Numbered from the stretch's first letter, positions 1 to 12,178 are shown. The stretch: DNA of 64,000 nucleotides from an uncultured Gemmatimonadaceae bacterium (GCA_963829055.1 CAWHHI010000004.1:128001-192000), one strand, 5' to 3'. Notes: a model not told the origin generated them from the letters alone. Program-made: numbers and translations.

Positions 1-428
1 GTGCCGTCGAACGCGATCAGGAGCGGATAGGCGGCGCGTGTGGCGTCGTATCCCGGCGGCGTGTAGACCCAGCAGGCGTGCGGTCGGACGGTCGCGCGAT
101 CATAGCGCCGGCGGCGAGTAATCCCACATGCGGCGCGGCCGGCGGTATGCGGAGCGAACACCAGCGTCTGCGCGTTCGAGGCTTCCCGAGGCGGACGCCA
201 GACCGGTCGCCGGCGGTGGTGCCACTGCTACGGGCGACGAGAGGCGCCAGCGACGGGCAAGCGCCACTGCGGCCAACAACGCGCATATCTGCGACATGCC
301 TCCGCGAATGGGTCGCTGAGATCTGGCGGTCTCACGCGTGCGGCCGGTATGGGTCTGGTCCTTGCCCTCGCTTCTGCGCACAGGTCGATCATGCGGCGTC
401 GCTGTGACTCGTAGCGAGGAGGTTGTAG

Positions 429-690
429 ATGTCGGAACGCAGGATCACTCACAATGGTCGCGATACATCTGGGAACTTCAGGGTGAAGCAGGTCGACGTC
501 GATGACGTGACCACCGATCCGGATGGCGTTGACGTGATGCGCGATGATGTCCGCCTCGGCGGCGCCGTGGAAGATACGGGCTCGACGGCCGGCGTCTCGC
601 GGTGAGCACATTGGCGAGTTGGTACAGGAGAACCGCGAGGATGGGCTCGCGAAGGCGACGGGTAGCCCGCGACCGAAGCGGAAACGCTGA
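429..690 (+). CDS. small hypothetical protein (58 aa to 605; about 87 aa if one indel near 595 is corrected)
   Basis: GAGGAGG RBS just upstream of ATG 429; MSERRITHNGRD... stops at 605; a second frame continues EHIGELVQENRED...KRKR* to 690. Confidence 0.4.
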
Positions 691-696
691 TCGGCC

Positions 697-830
697 GTCA
701 TTCCGAGCGAATGAAGCGACTGAGGTCCGATATATCGGAAGGACTCTCTAGTCGGCCGATTCCTTGAGTCCGCCCTCGCGGCGACTCGGAATGACATCGC
801 TCCTTCCTCCGGCCTCCTTCCCAAGGCCTC
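697..830. repeat. REP-like palindromic element, GTCATYCCGAG family
   Basis: GTCATTCCGAG 697-707 and CTCGGAATGAC 785-795 form an inverted pair; pyrimidine tract at 801-830 resembles 12149-12173. Confidence 0.7.
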
Positions 831-837
831 GATGTCG

Positions 838-1312
838 TTAGGCCGCCCGTCCTCGCACCACCGCCGTGAACTCCGCGCTCACGGCCACACGATCAGACAC
901 CGTCGCGACACCCTTGAGCTTCGCGACACCGCGGCGGAAGCCACACCAGTTCCACCGACAACAGCAGCGTGTCGCCGGCCCGCGGGAGCGTGCGAAAGCG
1001 CACGCGCTGCGCCGACGCGAAGTAGCCGATCGCGCCGGAGATTCCGTCGAGCAGCCCAACAAGGACGCCGGCACTCGTCTGTGCGAGTGCTTCGACCACC
1101 AGCAGGCCAGGCATTTCCGGATTCGCCGCGGTCGACGCAACGCCGAACCACTCGCCCCCGTCACGCGCTTGAGGCCGAGTGCACGCCGGCCCGGCTCGAC
1201 GATGCGCAGTCGATCGACGAGCAGGAACGGAAACCGGTGCGCGAGCACGCCAAGCACGTCGATCGCGTCCGCCCACTCACGCTCGTCGACGCCGCTGTGG
1301 CTCGCTACTCAT
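838..1312 (-). CDS. fabZ: FabZ-like 3-hydroxyacyl-ACP dehydratase (frameshifted)
   Basis: HRFPFLLVDR, MPGLLVVEALAQ and RFR..P.AGD motifs spread over two frames; start approximate. Confidence 0.8.
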
Positions 1313-1318
1313 TGCTGC

Positions 1319-2038
1319 TCATGGGCCCGTTCCGCCTGTGAAATCGTCAGCTTGCACGTCCGCGAGATGCGCTACCCAACTCTCCGCGACGTCGGCGACT
1401 TCCGTCATCACCTGTGCGTCGTCCCGGCCAGAGCTCTTGAGCACGTGAAAGCTATGGTCCGCGCCCTCGATCCAGTGCATTTGCCAGGATGTGGCGGTCA
1501 CGCGCTACACCGCCGCATTCATGAGATCCGGCGTGCATAACGTGTCCCGGGTGCCGTTGACGCACAGCACCGGGACGCGAATCGACGGCAGGTGCGCGTC
1601 GCGAAGCTGATCGGGCCGGCCAGCGGGATGGAGCGGGTAGGCGAGAAGCAGCAGGCCTGAGCAGTCGAAGCCATCCGCCGCCAGCATGGACGCGGCGCGA
1701 CCGCCCATCGAGCGACCGCCAATGATCAGCGTCGTCGGGTTCAGCTCCTCGCGGACGCGCGCAACCACCGCGGACGTCGTCTCCTTGAGCTTCGGCATGG
1801 GATCGGGACGCCCGGAGCGCTTCTCCTTGTACAGGAAGTTGAAGCGGACGATGTCGAGTCCGCGGCTGCCCAGGGCTCGGGTCACGGCCAGCATGCCCTT
1901 GTCCGCCATGTTGCCGCCGGCGCCATGCGCGCACACGAACACCGTCGACCGATCGCCGCCGGGGGCGGGATCGAATGCAGCGCTCGTCGTCTCATCGCCG
2001 ACCTGCACGCGCCATTCGGCGTGGTTCCCAGACGTCAT
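1319..2038 (-). CDS. alpha/beta hydrolase (one frameshift near 1503)
   Basis: HGAGG oxyanion motif, GGRSMGG nucleophile elbow, GTRD acid, C-terminal GADHSF His. Confidence 0.85.
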
Positions 2039-2213
2039 CGGGCTCGATTCGTTAGGTGGAGGAAAGGGCTCGGAAGCGCCGCCCAGTCAAAGCTGCGCCG
2101 GAGGGCGCCCGCCTGCCAGTCGCGACGAGTCGTCGTCGGTTGCCTGCGACGCCGATGGACCGCAAGTTGGTGCCGCGTTCCGACGTCTCCAACTCGACCC
2201 TCGCCTCCCGCCA

Positions 2214-3085
2214 ATGCGCCTTCTTTCCGCCGTCCTCCTCGCAGTCCTCGCGCCTGTCGCCTCCGCGCAGCGCCCGCCGAAGATCTTCATCTCCGTCGAC
2301 ATGGAGGGCATTGGCGGCATTGGGACGTCCGCCATGACCAGTCCCACCGGCAAGGACTACGCGTTAGGGCGCAAGTTCATGACGGACGAGGTCAACGCGG
2401 TCATCGGAGCGATCCTGCAGCGCGGGCCGGCCGAGATTCTCGTGAACGACTCGCATGGCGACATGCAGAATCTGCTGAACGACCAGCTCGATCCCCGCGT
2501 CCTGTACAACCAGGGCGCGGTCAAGCCGCTCGGCATGGTCGAAGGCCTCGACTCCACGTACGCCGCCGTGATCTTCCTGGGCTATCACTCGCGCGCGGGA
2601 ACGCCGAACGGCTTCATCGCGCACACGGGGACGGGCGCGGTGAAGGGGCTGTGGCTGAACGACGTCGAGGTCGGGGAAGGGGAGCTCAACGCGGCGTACG
2701 CCGGCTCTGTCGGCGTGCCCGTGATCATGGCTGCGGGCGACTCGGCGTTCGTCGAGCAGTTCACGCGCACGGTGAAGGTCGAGGCGGTCACGACGAAGTA
2801 CGCCAACACGCCGCAATCAGCCAGGCTGATTCACCCGCAGGTCGTCCGCGAGCGCCTCGTCGCCGCGACGGGGCGTGCGTTGGGCGCTCGAGCGAACGCG
2901 AAGCCGTGGGTGATCGGGAAACCGGTGCGGTTCGACTCCGCCTGTCCGACAACACGGTGACCCAGATCCTGCAGGCGATTCCTGGCGTTAGGCAGGTGGA
3001 CGGCTTCACGGTGGAGTTCACCGCGCCCACCATGGGAGATGCCTACCGCCTCATCCGCCTCATGTACCGCTTCGTGACGGTCTGA
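2214..3085 (+). CDS. secreted M55 D-aminopeptidase, DppA-like (frameshift near 2930)
   Basis: signal peptide; ISVDMEG, VNDSHG, GYHSRAG and AHT motifs. Confidence 0.9.
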
Positions 3086-3110
3086 TCGCGCGTAGCGGCA
3101 AGCGCTGGCG

Positions 3111-4125
3111 CTAGTTCGCCCGCGTCCACCTGCGTCCATCCCATTCCCACGTGTCGCTCACGACGCGTCCGTCATTGTTTCCACCGAAGAGAACCGTCCT
3201 GTCGCGGACAGGATCGTACGCCATGGCGTGTAGTGAACGCTTGCCTGGTGTGACGCCCGTCAACGCGATCCGCGACCAGCGACGGCCATCCCACTTCCAC
3301 ATGTCATCGAACTGCTGCGATCGTGTTTCGCCGCCGTAGAGCAGGACGACGCCGGCTCGACTGTCGAACGCCATCGCATGTCGATCGCGTGGAGACGGAC
3401 CCGCGTCGCTGAGTTTGCGCCACGACGCACCGTCCCAGCCCCACGTGTCACCGTAGTTAGGCTGCTCCCGACGTTCGCCTACCGGCGCTCCGACGCCGCC
3501 GAACATCACGCACCTGTCGGCGTGCAGCATCGAATACCATCGCCGCGACGCGTCCGAGCGGCCCGCTCGTTCCGACCTGACGCCACGCTGTCCCGTCCCA
3601 TTCCCAGGTGTCGGTCGCCCACGGGCCAGGCCGCCGAGGAAAGGGCCCGCCGCCGTACATCACGGTTCGGCCTCGTGCCGCATCGTAGGCCATCATGTGG
3701 TGATCGCGCGCTCCAGCGCTGGTATCGCGCATCTCCGTCCAACTCTGCCCGTCCCACTCCCATGTGTCGGGCGTGATCCGCTCGTCGCGACCGACGCGTC
3801 CGCTGAACGAAACGATGCGGTCGCGTCTCGAGTCGTACACGGCGGCGCTCGCGTATCGGCCCGTCGGTCCCGTGCTCGGGATGAGTGCCCAGGCGCGTCC
3901 ATCCCAAATCCAGATCTCGCTGTGTTCCGGACGCACCGCGCTGTACGTCCCGTCGAGCAGCACGAGTTTGCGCAACCGGTCGTGGAAGAGAAGCGCGGGT
4001 TGACTTCTCGGCCCGGGCTGCGCTGCGCCCTGCGCCTTCTCGGCCCGCTGGGCACTCGGCAACACAGCGTTAGGCGCCGAGCCGGCGAGGAAAACCAGCG
4101 CGGCGAGCAACGCGACGCGTGTCAT
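3111..4125 (-). CDS. secreted Kelch-repeat (beta-propeller) protein (frameshift near 3510)
   Basis: signal peptide; repeated YD..R.R.V.FGG...DTWEWDG..W units. Confidence 0.85.
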
Positions 4126-6822
4126 CAGCCGGCCATGAGCGCCGCCAACTGCTCCAGCACTCTGGTGAGGTCAGGTGTCTCGGTGAGCACGGGGAGCATC
4201 GGGTCCGTTCCGAACCGTTCCATGCGATCGAGCGCGGTCTTGATCGTGAACGCGCGCGGGTCGAGCGACTGATCGACTTCGTCCCACACGAGCGGCATCG
4301 AGACCGTCGCGCCCGGCAGCGGCCGCACGCTGAACGGCGCGACGATCAGCTGGCCGTGCCGGTTCTGTAGATAGTCGAGGTAGACCTTGTCGCCGCGCTT
4401 CGTGACGTGACGCGTGATCGTCGCGATGTCGCCGACCTCGCGGAGCATCACGCGCGCGAGCAGCTCGCCGAGCGTGCGCGACTGCGCGTACGTGAGCTGG
4501 CGGCCGAGCGGCAGCAGGATGTGCAGGCCGGTCTTGCCCGTCGTCTTCACGTAACTCGGCAGCCCGATCGATTCGCAGATCCGGTGCAGCACCTGCGCGC
4601 AGCGGATGACGTCGGAGAACGGCGCTTCCTTCGGATCGAGATCGATCACGCACCAGTCGGGCTGCTCGAGCGACCCGACTCGGCTGTCCCAGATGTGCAG
4701 CGGGATCGCAGCCGAGGTTGGCGATGTAGAGCGAGCGACTCGACGTCGTCGCAGACGAAGTACTTGATGTCGCGCTGCGTGTCGTCGCTCCAGATCGGGA
4801 TCGTGCGAATCCACTCGGGCGCGAATTCCGGCGCGTCCTTCTGGTAGAACGACTTGCCGTCGATGCCGTCGGGAAATCGCGTCAGCACGAGCGGGCGATT
4901 GCGCAGGTACGGCAGGATCCACGGCGAGATCGACTGGTAGTAGTCGATCAGGTCGCCCTTCGTGTATCGTTCGGCGGGCCAGAAGATCTTGTTCAGGTTC
5001 GAGAATGTTGACCGTCTTCTGGATCGAGGGCCTTGGCGGCGCCGGAGCCTCGGCGATGCGTTCGACGTCGAGCGATGCCGGTGCGGCATCGCCACTGTCC
5101 ACGGCGTTCGGCTCCGGCTCATCGGGCTTGGAGCCGGTCGCGACGCCCCACTCCTGACGCTCGCACTCGTGCGGGCGCTTGTCGGTCCGCATGCGGAGGA
5201 ACGCGGCGTGGCGGAGCACGCCGTCGGGCGTCCACTCGCGAAATCGCACTTCGCACGACGTGCACCGGCTCGACCCACGTCGTCGTCTTCGTCTCGGGGA
5301 TCTGATCGCTGCGCAACGGCTCCGCGCCCGGCGCGAGCACGGGGCCGTGACACGGCGGATCGCGTCGCACGATCGGATCGAGCATGCGCGCAGCTCGCGC
5401 AGCAGCGCGTCGTTGAAGCCCGTGCCGACTCGGCCGGCGTAGACGAGCGCGCCGTTCACCTAGTCGGCGAGCTGCAGCGCGCCGAGCCCGTTGCGCGACT
5501 GCCCTTCGGTTCGCGTGAATCCGACGATCACGAAGTCGCCGGTGCACTCCGCCTTGATCTTGAGCCACTGTCCGAGCGGCCACCGCGATATGGCGCGTCG
5601 GCCTTCTTCGCGATGATTCCCTCGAGGCCGAGCGACGTCGACCTGCGCGAGGAACGCCTCGCCCTCGCGCTCGATGTGATCGAGGTCGCGGACCGCGCCG
5701 AGCTTCGGGACGAGCTCCGCCAGCAGTTCCTTGCGTCGCGTGAGCGGGAGCGGACGAAGGTCGAAGTCCTCGAACGCGATGAGGTCGAACGCGAAGAACG
5801 TCGCCGGCAGCTCGACGGCCGCGCGCTTCACGTCGAGCGGCGACGAGATGCGCCCGCGCTGCTGCAGGCAGCGAGAAGCTCGGCATGCCCTGCGCGTCGA
5901 GCACGACGACTTCGCCGTCGATGATGCACGACGTCGAACGGCAGCGCCTTGACCGCGCGCGCGATCTCGGGAAAGACGTCGGTGTAGTCGTTGCCGTTTC
6001 GCGTGAGCAGCAGCGCTTCGCCGCCGCGACTTGCCGGCGATGAGCCGATAGCCGTCGAGCTTGAGCTCGAACAGCCAGCCGTCGCGCGTGAACGCGTCGT
6101 CCGCCGACTCGGCCAGCATGGGCTTCGATGGTCCTGCGGGTCGACGCGCGCGCGCGGCGCGCCGGCTGTCCTCGATCGCCGCACGCACCTGCGCGACGGG
6201 CGTCTGTCCGGCTTTGACCTCGTCGACGGTGAGGCCGGAGAGGACGGACTCCTCGGGGAAGACGTCGCCCGGCGACTTAACGAACGCGTCGCGCTCCTTG
6301 ATCAGCAGCCATTCCTTCTCGCTCTTCTTGATCTTCACGAGCGTCCACTTGCCGTGGAGCTTGTAGCCCTTGAGCTCGAACAGGAGCTTCCCCTTCTCGA
6401 GCCCCTCGCGCCAATCCTCGAGCGGGACCCACTCGCCGCGATCCCACACGATGATCCCGCCGGCGCCGTAGTTGCCGGCCGGGAATGATTCCCTCGAAGT
6501 CGCCGTACTCGAGCGGGTGGTCCTCGACCTTCACGGCGAGCCGCTTGTCGTTCATGTCGTACGACGGCCCCTTCGGAACGGCCCACGATCGGAGGACGCC
6601 GTCCATCTCGAGACGCAGGTCGAAGTGCAGCTGCCGCGCGGCGTGCTTGTGGACGACGAAGAGACGCCCGGGTACGGGCGATACGGTCCCGACGGGCTCG
6701 GGCGAGCTGTCGGGGGATCGTTTCGCGCGGTAGGTGCTGAGGCTGTCGGTCGCCTGCTCCGGTTGATTCTTCGCGGTCCGCGTCGTCAGAGTCGCCGCTG
6801 CGCGCTGACGAATCATGGTCAT
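4125..6822 (-). CDS. ligD: DNA ligase D, PE-ligase-polymerase domain order (multiple frameshifts)
   Basis: [37 protein letters not shown]; ligase: [13 protein letters not shown]; polymerase: [28 protein letters not shown]. Confidence 0.95.
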
Positions 6823-6945
6823 GCTGCAGCTCGTAGGCTGCCGCCGATCGTTCGACAAAAATGTGTCGCCTTTCCTTCGGTGCGAACACTTTACGCTCGG
6901 CAGTAGCTTCTCGAACGACCTCTCGACCACCCAAATCCGACGCTC

Positions 6946-7764
6946 ATGGCCGCTCGATCCATCGGCACCGCCACCATCTCGTTCGGGCTCGTCTCGGTGC
7001 CCGTCAACCTGTACTCCTCGTCGGAGTCGAAGTCGAGCGTGTCGTTCAACATGCTCCACAAGAAGTGCGGCTCGCGACTGAAGCAGCAGTACATCTGCCC
7101 GAAGGACAACGAGGTCGTGACCCGCGACGATACGAGCAAGGGGTACGAGTTCGCGAAAGACCAGTACGTGGTCTTCACGCGCTGAAGAGCTCAAGGCGCT
7201 CGAGGAGAAGGCGACGAGCACGATCGACGTCATCGAGTTCGTGCCGCTCGTCGACGGTCGATCGCGAGTACCTCGAGAAGGTCTACTACCTCGGTCCCGA
7301 CAAGGGCGGCGATCGCGCCTATCGCCTGCTCGCCGAGGCGCTCAAGGACACCGGACGCGCCGCGTTAGGGCAGTACGCCGCGCGCGGACAGCAGCACCTC
7401 GTGCTGCTCCGCCCGCTGAACGGCGTACTGGTGATGGAGCAGCTCCACTACGCGGACGAGGTGCGCTCCGACGACCGAAGTGCCGGTGCCCGCGGGCGAA
7501 GTCGCCGCGAAGGAGCTGGCGCTCGCGAAGCAGCTCATCGAGCAGACGGCGACCGACGTGTTCGAGCCCGCCAAGTTCAAGGACACGGTGCGCGAGCGCG
7601 TGATGGAAACGATCCAGCGCAAGGTCGACGGGCAGGACATCACGGCCGACGTCACGCCGGACGGCGGCGGCAAGATCATCGACCTCATGGAAGCGCTGAA
7701 GGCGAGCCTGGCGAAAACGTCGGCTGTCGTCGAGGAGGACGAGCTCAAAGTCAAAGCTTCATGA
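6946..7764 (+). CDS. ku: NHEJ DNA end-binding protein Ku (frameshifted)
   Basis: [46 protein letters not shown]. Confidence 0.95.
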
Positions 7765-8532
7765 ACACTTCTGGTCGGCACGAGCGGGTTCGCGTTCAAG
7801 GAGTGGAAGGGCTCGTTCTACCCGAGCGACCTCAAGGACGACGCGATGCTCGGCTACTACTCGGGCCGGTATCCGACGGTCGAGATCAACAACACGTTCT
7901 ACCGCCTGCCGAAGGAGCACGTGCTGCTGGACTGGGCGTCGCAGGTGCCCGACCAGTTCACGTTCGCGATCAAGGCGAGCCAGCGCATCACGCATTACGC
8001 GCGCCTCAAGGCCGGCGCGGCGGACGCGCTGGGGTTTCTGTTGAAGAACACGGCGTCGTTAGGCGACCGCCTCGGCCCGATCCTGTTTCAGTTACCGCCG
8101 AATCTCCAGAAGGACATCGACCGGCTCCGCGCGTTCGTCGCGCTCTTGCCGGCGGATCGTCGGTTCACGATCGAGTTCCGGCACGAGAGCTGGTTCGACG
8201 AGGAGACGTTCGACGCGCTTCGCGCTCGCGACATCGCGTTATGCGTCTCCGAGTCGGCGGACGTCGTCTGTCCGAGAGTCGCCACTGCGTCCTGGGGTTA
8301 TCTGCGCCTCCATCGCCAGGACTACACGGATCCGATGCTCGCCGAGTGGCAGCAGTACGTCGCGGCGCAGCCGTGGAAGGACACGTACGTGTTCTTCAAA
8401 CACGATTACATCGATGGCGCGGGTCCGCTCGCGGTGGAGCGCTTCGTGGGAATGATCGGTTCGGCGCCGCCACTCGTTAGGGCTGTGGATGCCGTGCTTC
8501 CGAGCGCAGTGTCGGGTCCAGTGCGCGCCTAA
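7761..8532 (+). CDS. DUF72 family protein (indel near start)
   Basis: GTSGF..KEWKGSFYP, VEINNTFY, LFQLPP, EFRHESW, YLRLH; ATG overlaps the ku stop. Confidence 0.9.
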
Positions 8533-8553
8533 CGATTTTGTGCTTCTGGATCG

Positions 8554-8884
8554 TCGCGCCGCGGTCGGTGGGAACTACGATTTGGCGGATGACACGGAAA
8601 ACGGCCGGATACAACTTTGCATTGACGCTGGCTCTCGCCGGACTCTGAAATGAATGGGAACGGCCGCTCGGGAGACTCCTGCGTCCCGAGCGGCCGTTCC
8701 CAAGAATCCCGGCTCGTTGCGCGAGGAGTCGTCCGTGCCAATGTGCTATCCTGCTTCTTCCGCGTCATCCGCGAAATCGCCGTTCCCCGAGGCCGTGGCG
8801 CGATAACGCATGAATGCAGAGCAGTATCCGGCAGTTTCGCAGTACAGATCCGCCCAATCGTAGTTCCCACCGACCCCGGCGCGA
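8554..8884. repeat. nested inverted-repeat intergenic element
   Basis: 37-bp terminal IR (8554-8590 / 8848-8884, 2 mismatches); inner 9-bp IR (8604-8612 / 8824-8832); perfect 19-bp hairpin (8655-8673 / 8684-8702). Confidence 0.85.
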
Positions 8885-8891
8885 TCAAGTC

Positions 8892-11859
8892 TCAGTGCAC
8901 GGCCGTATCCGATCGCTTCACTGAGATCGGCGTCAATCCCATCTCATCGAGGAAGCGGTGACCACCCGTCGGGGTTCCGCGACGCACCGCCACCCTGGAG
9001 AGCACGAGACGGTCCTTCGCGCGCGTCATGCCGACGTACAGCAGCCGCCTCGCTTCTTCGACCTCGCCCGGCGTCGACTCCATCCCCGACGGCGGACGGC
9101 CCGGCAGTTGTGCGTCCTCCACGCCCACCACGTACACGCGCGAGAACTCCAGGCCCTTCGTCGAGTGGAGCGTGAGGAGATTGACTCGATCACGGTCGAC
9201 GTCGATGCCATCGCCCCTCGCCGACAGCGTCACGCGCTCGAGGAACGTCGCGATCTGTGACTGCAGCGCACCGTTGCCGACATTGCTGATGAGGCGCCGC
9301 AGCCGCAGCATCGTCGACGGGTACCGTTCGTACGCGGTCTTCTCCGTGCGGATCTTCACCATCAGCTTGGTGCCGCCCAGCGATTCGATGACATCGTCGA
9401 CGCCGGGAAGTGACTCATCGCCGCCGCACTCGCGCTCGTAGAGCTCGAGGCACGAGCTGTACCGGCCTAACGCGTACGGCACGCAGAACTCGCGAAAGAG
9501 CAGGGCTTCCGCACACAGTGTCGCGCGGTCCGACAACGCGAGGCCGAGGCCAACGAGATCCAGCAGGTTGACGAGCGCAGTCTTTCGCGCTCGCTGCAGC
9601 TTGAGCGCACCGAGCGCGAGGAAGACGTGCGCGAGCGTCCGTGCGTCGTCGAGCGCGCGGTGAGACTTGCCCGAATCGATGCCGAGCACGCGCGCGAGCT
9701 CCGACAGCTTGCGGCTCGTCCGGAAGAGATCGCGCGCGAGCGGCAGCGAGTCGTAGGTGCAGAGCTCGAACCGTTTACCCATCGCGCGGACCATCCGGCT
9801 CAGGATCGGGAAGTCGAAGCCGTAGCCGTTGTGCGCGACGATGATGTCGTCGCCGCAGAAGAGCGCGACCTTCGCCCAGATGTCCGCGAACCGTGGCGCC
9901 ATCGCGACGTCGACATTTCGAATGCCGTGCGTGTCCACTGCGCCGGCGGTGATCGGCACGTCCGGCTTCACGAGCGTGCTGAACGTGTCGACGATCTGCC
10001 CGTTCCGCACGCGCACCGCGGCGATCTCCACCACCTCGGCCAGCTCGAGGTCTCTGTCGGTCGTCTCGATGTCAATGGCGGTGAAGTCGCGAAACGCGTC
10101 GGACGCGTCGCCGATCTCGAGCATCTGCGCGGCCTTGAACGCGCCGAGCACGAGTCCGAGCGACGGTGTGTCGTTAGGCGACAGCAGGTTCGTCGGCCTG
10201 CGCAGGCTCGGCGACGACGCGCGCCGTCACACCGACGTGCGTCGAGCATCGCCTTGACCGCGATCTCCACGCCGCCCAGGCGGGGGAGGTCGATGTAGCG
10301 GTCACCGACGCGAGCGGCGCGAAGACGCTCCGCCAGCTTCACGACGTCGGCGTGGTCGGCCGGATCGCTCAGCTCGTCGTGCCGTTCCTCGAGCGGTGAT
10401 CGAGGCTTCACGTTCTGCGACAACACTTCGGCAACGAGGGCGTCGAGCGACACGTGCGCGCGCTCGATCGCCGTCAGGTTGCGATACCGCGAGAGGGCGA
10501 GTCGGATCCGCCGGCCTCTCGCGTCTCCCTTGGGAAGCCGCTTCCCCATCTCCGTGAGCTCGCGCGCGAAGTCGCGCTTGCTCGCCTGGGCTCGTACGCG
10601 CACGTCGTTCACGAGCGGAGCCGGTAGTGTGGCGGCGAAGAACGCCTCACGCACGATCGGGTCGCCCGGGTACGCGATCACGCGGAGCGCCGCGAGCACG
10701 TAGGAGACGACAGGCTCCTCCGACAGCGCGCGTCCATGCGCCAGGCGGCACGCGATGCCCGCGTTGAGGAGCGCCGCCTCGAGCTCGTCGCCGATCTCGT
10801 GCTTCCGGTAGAGCAGAGCGATCTCGCCCAGACCGAGGGCGTGTTCGCCGCGGTCGCGGACGATGTCGCTCACGAGCCACGCGACCTCCTCATCTTCCGA
10901 GTCGAAGTGAAGCACGTCGACGCCGAACGGCGACGTCCGATCGGCCTGCGGTATCTCGCGGTTCTCGAAGATCGACGGGTTGAGCTTGATGAGCCGGCGG
11001 GCGAGATCGAAGATGTGGCCCGGACAGCGGCGATTCTCGCGCGAGGTAGACCGGACTCGTTATGCCGAAGTCGTTGACGAAGCTCTTGAACGCGCGCGGG
11101 TCAGCGCCCGCCCACGCATAGATCGACTGTTCGTCGTCGCCGACGGCGAACACGTGGCGATGGTCGCGCGCGAGCGCGTGGATGACGCGATACTGCAGCG
11201 GGATTGAGATCCTGGAACTCGTCGACGAGCAGCACGCTCCACCGCGCCCGGATCTCGTCGGCGGCGGGCGATTTCTCGAGCAGCTCCGCGGCCTTCACGA
11301 CGAGCGTGTCGAAGTCGACGACGTTGCGTCCGGCGAGGAACTCCTCGTAGCGGACGAAGATCTTCGCGTCGTCGGGGTAGAGCTGATCGCCGCGGAGACG
11401 GTGCACGGAGAATCGCGTCAGCAGCTTGCGATGCCGCTGCGCGTTCCGGTCGAGGCGCCGCAGGACGATGCGCTGATACTCGTCGTCGGCGATGCCGAAC
11501 CCGCTCCCGAGCTGCACGTGCGCCCCGTACTCCCGCAGCAACTCGGCGCAGAACGCATGCAGCGTGCGTCGCTTGACACCTTCGCCGCGCGCGCCGAGCT
11601 GGCGGGCGAGTCGCGACGCGATCTCGTCGGCGGCCTTGTTCGTGAACGTGAACGCACAGATGCGAGCGGGTTCGATGCCCAGCTCGTCGATGAGATAGCG
11701 GATGCGTTCGATGAGGCAGAACGTCTTCCCGGCGCCGGGCCCCGCGAGCACGAGGGCTGGTCCGGGCGGTGCCTGAATGGCCTTGCGCTGCGACTCCGAC
11801 GGGATGTGCGGCGGCAGCGCGAACGTCAGCGGGGTGCGAGCGATCTCGGAGACGGCCAC
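8892..11859 (-). CDS. UvrD/PcrA-family helicase with an inserted DEDDh (DnaQ-like) 3'-5' exonuclease domain (frameshifted)
   Basis: AGPGAGKT, TFTNKAA, VDEFQD, VGDDEQSIY, LLTLHSTKGLEF, EEARRLLYVGMTRA; exonuclease DIETT, AHNGYGFD, HRALDDA. Confidence 0.9.
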
Positions 11860-11940
11860 GCGCCGAATCTAGTCGGCGGACGGCCATCGGACGAGCCGTT
11901 TTAGCTCCTCGTGGCGCGAAAGGTTGCGGGCGCGAGGCCT

Positions 11941-12173
11941 GAGGAAGGAGGCCTTAGGAAGGAGGGGAAGAGCGTGTCATCCCGAGCGACAGCGAGGGAT
12001 CTTCCCGAACGTGATTGTGGCCAGGCTGGCTACGATGACGTCACAGGAGATCCTCGCTGCGCTCGCTGCGCTCGGGATGACAATCGCTGTCGCTCGGGAT
12101 GACACGCCGTTTCTCCGTCCGCCTCCGCCCTCCGCCGTCCGCCGTCCGCCTCCTTCCTAAGGCCTCCTTCCTC
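11941..12173. repeat. double inverted-repeat element (REP/MITE-like), GTCATCCCGAG family
   Basis: perfect 25-bp outer IR (11941-11965 / 12149-12173); perfect 24-bp inner IR (11972-11995 / 12084-12107); extra CTCGGGATGAC at 12071-12081. Confidence 0.9.
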
Positions 12174-12178
12174 CTTCC

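Noticed and set aside
4075..7362. 3.3-kb gap in heptamer occurrences over ligD, as a sign of horizontal acquisition
   Set aside because: With mean spacing near 1 kb, a few gaps of this size are expected by chance.
4125..7764. Programmed frameshifting or pseudogenisation of ligD/ku
   Set aside because: Indels are numerous, lack slippery sites, and affect unrelated neighbours equally; sequencing error is simpler.
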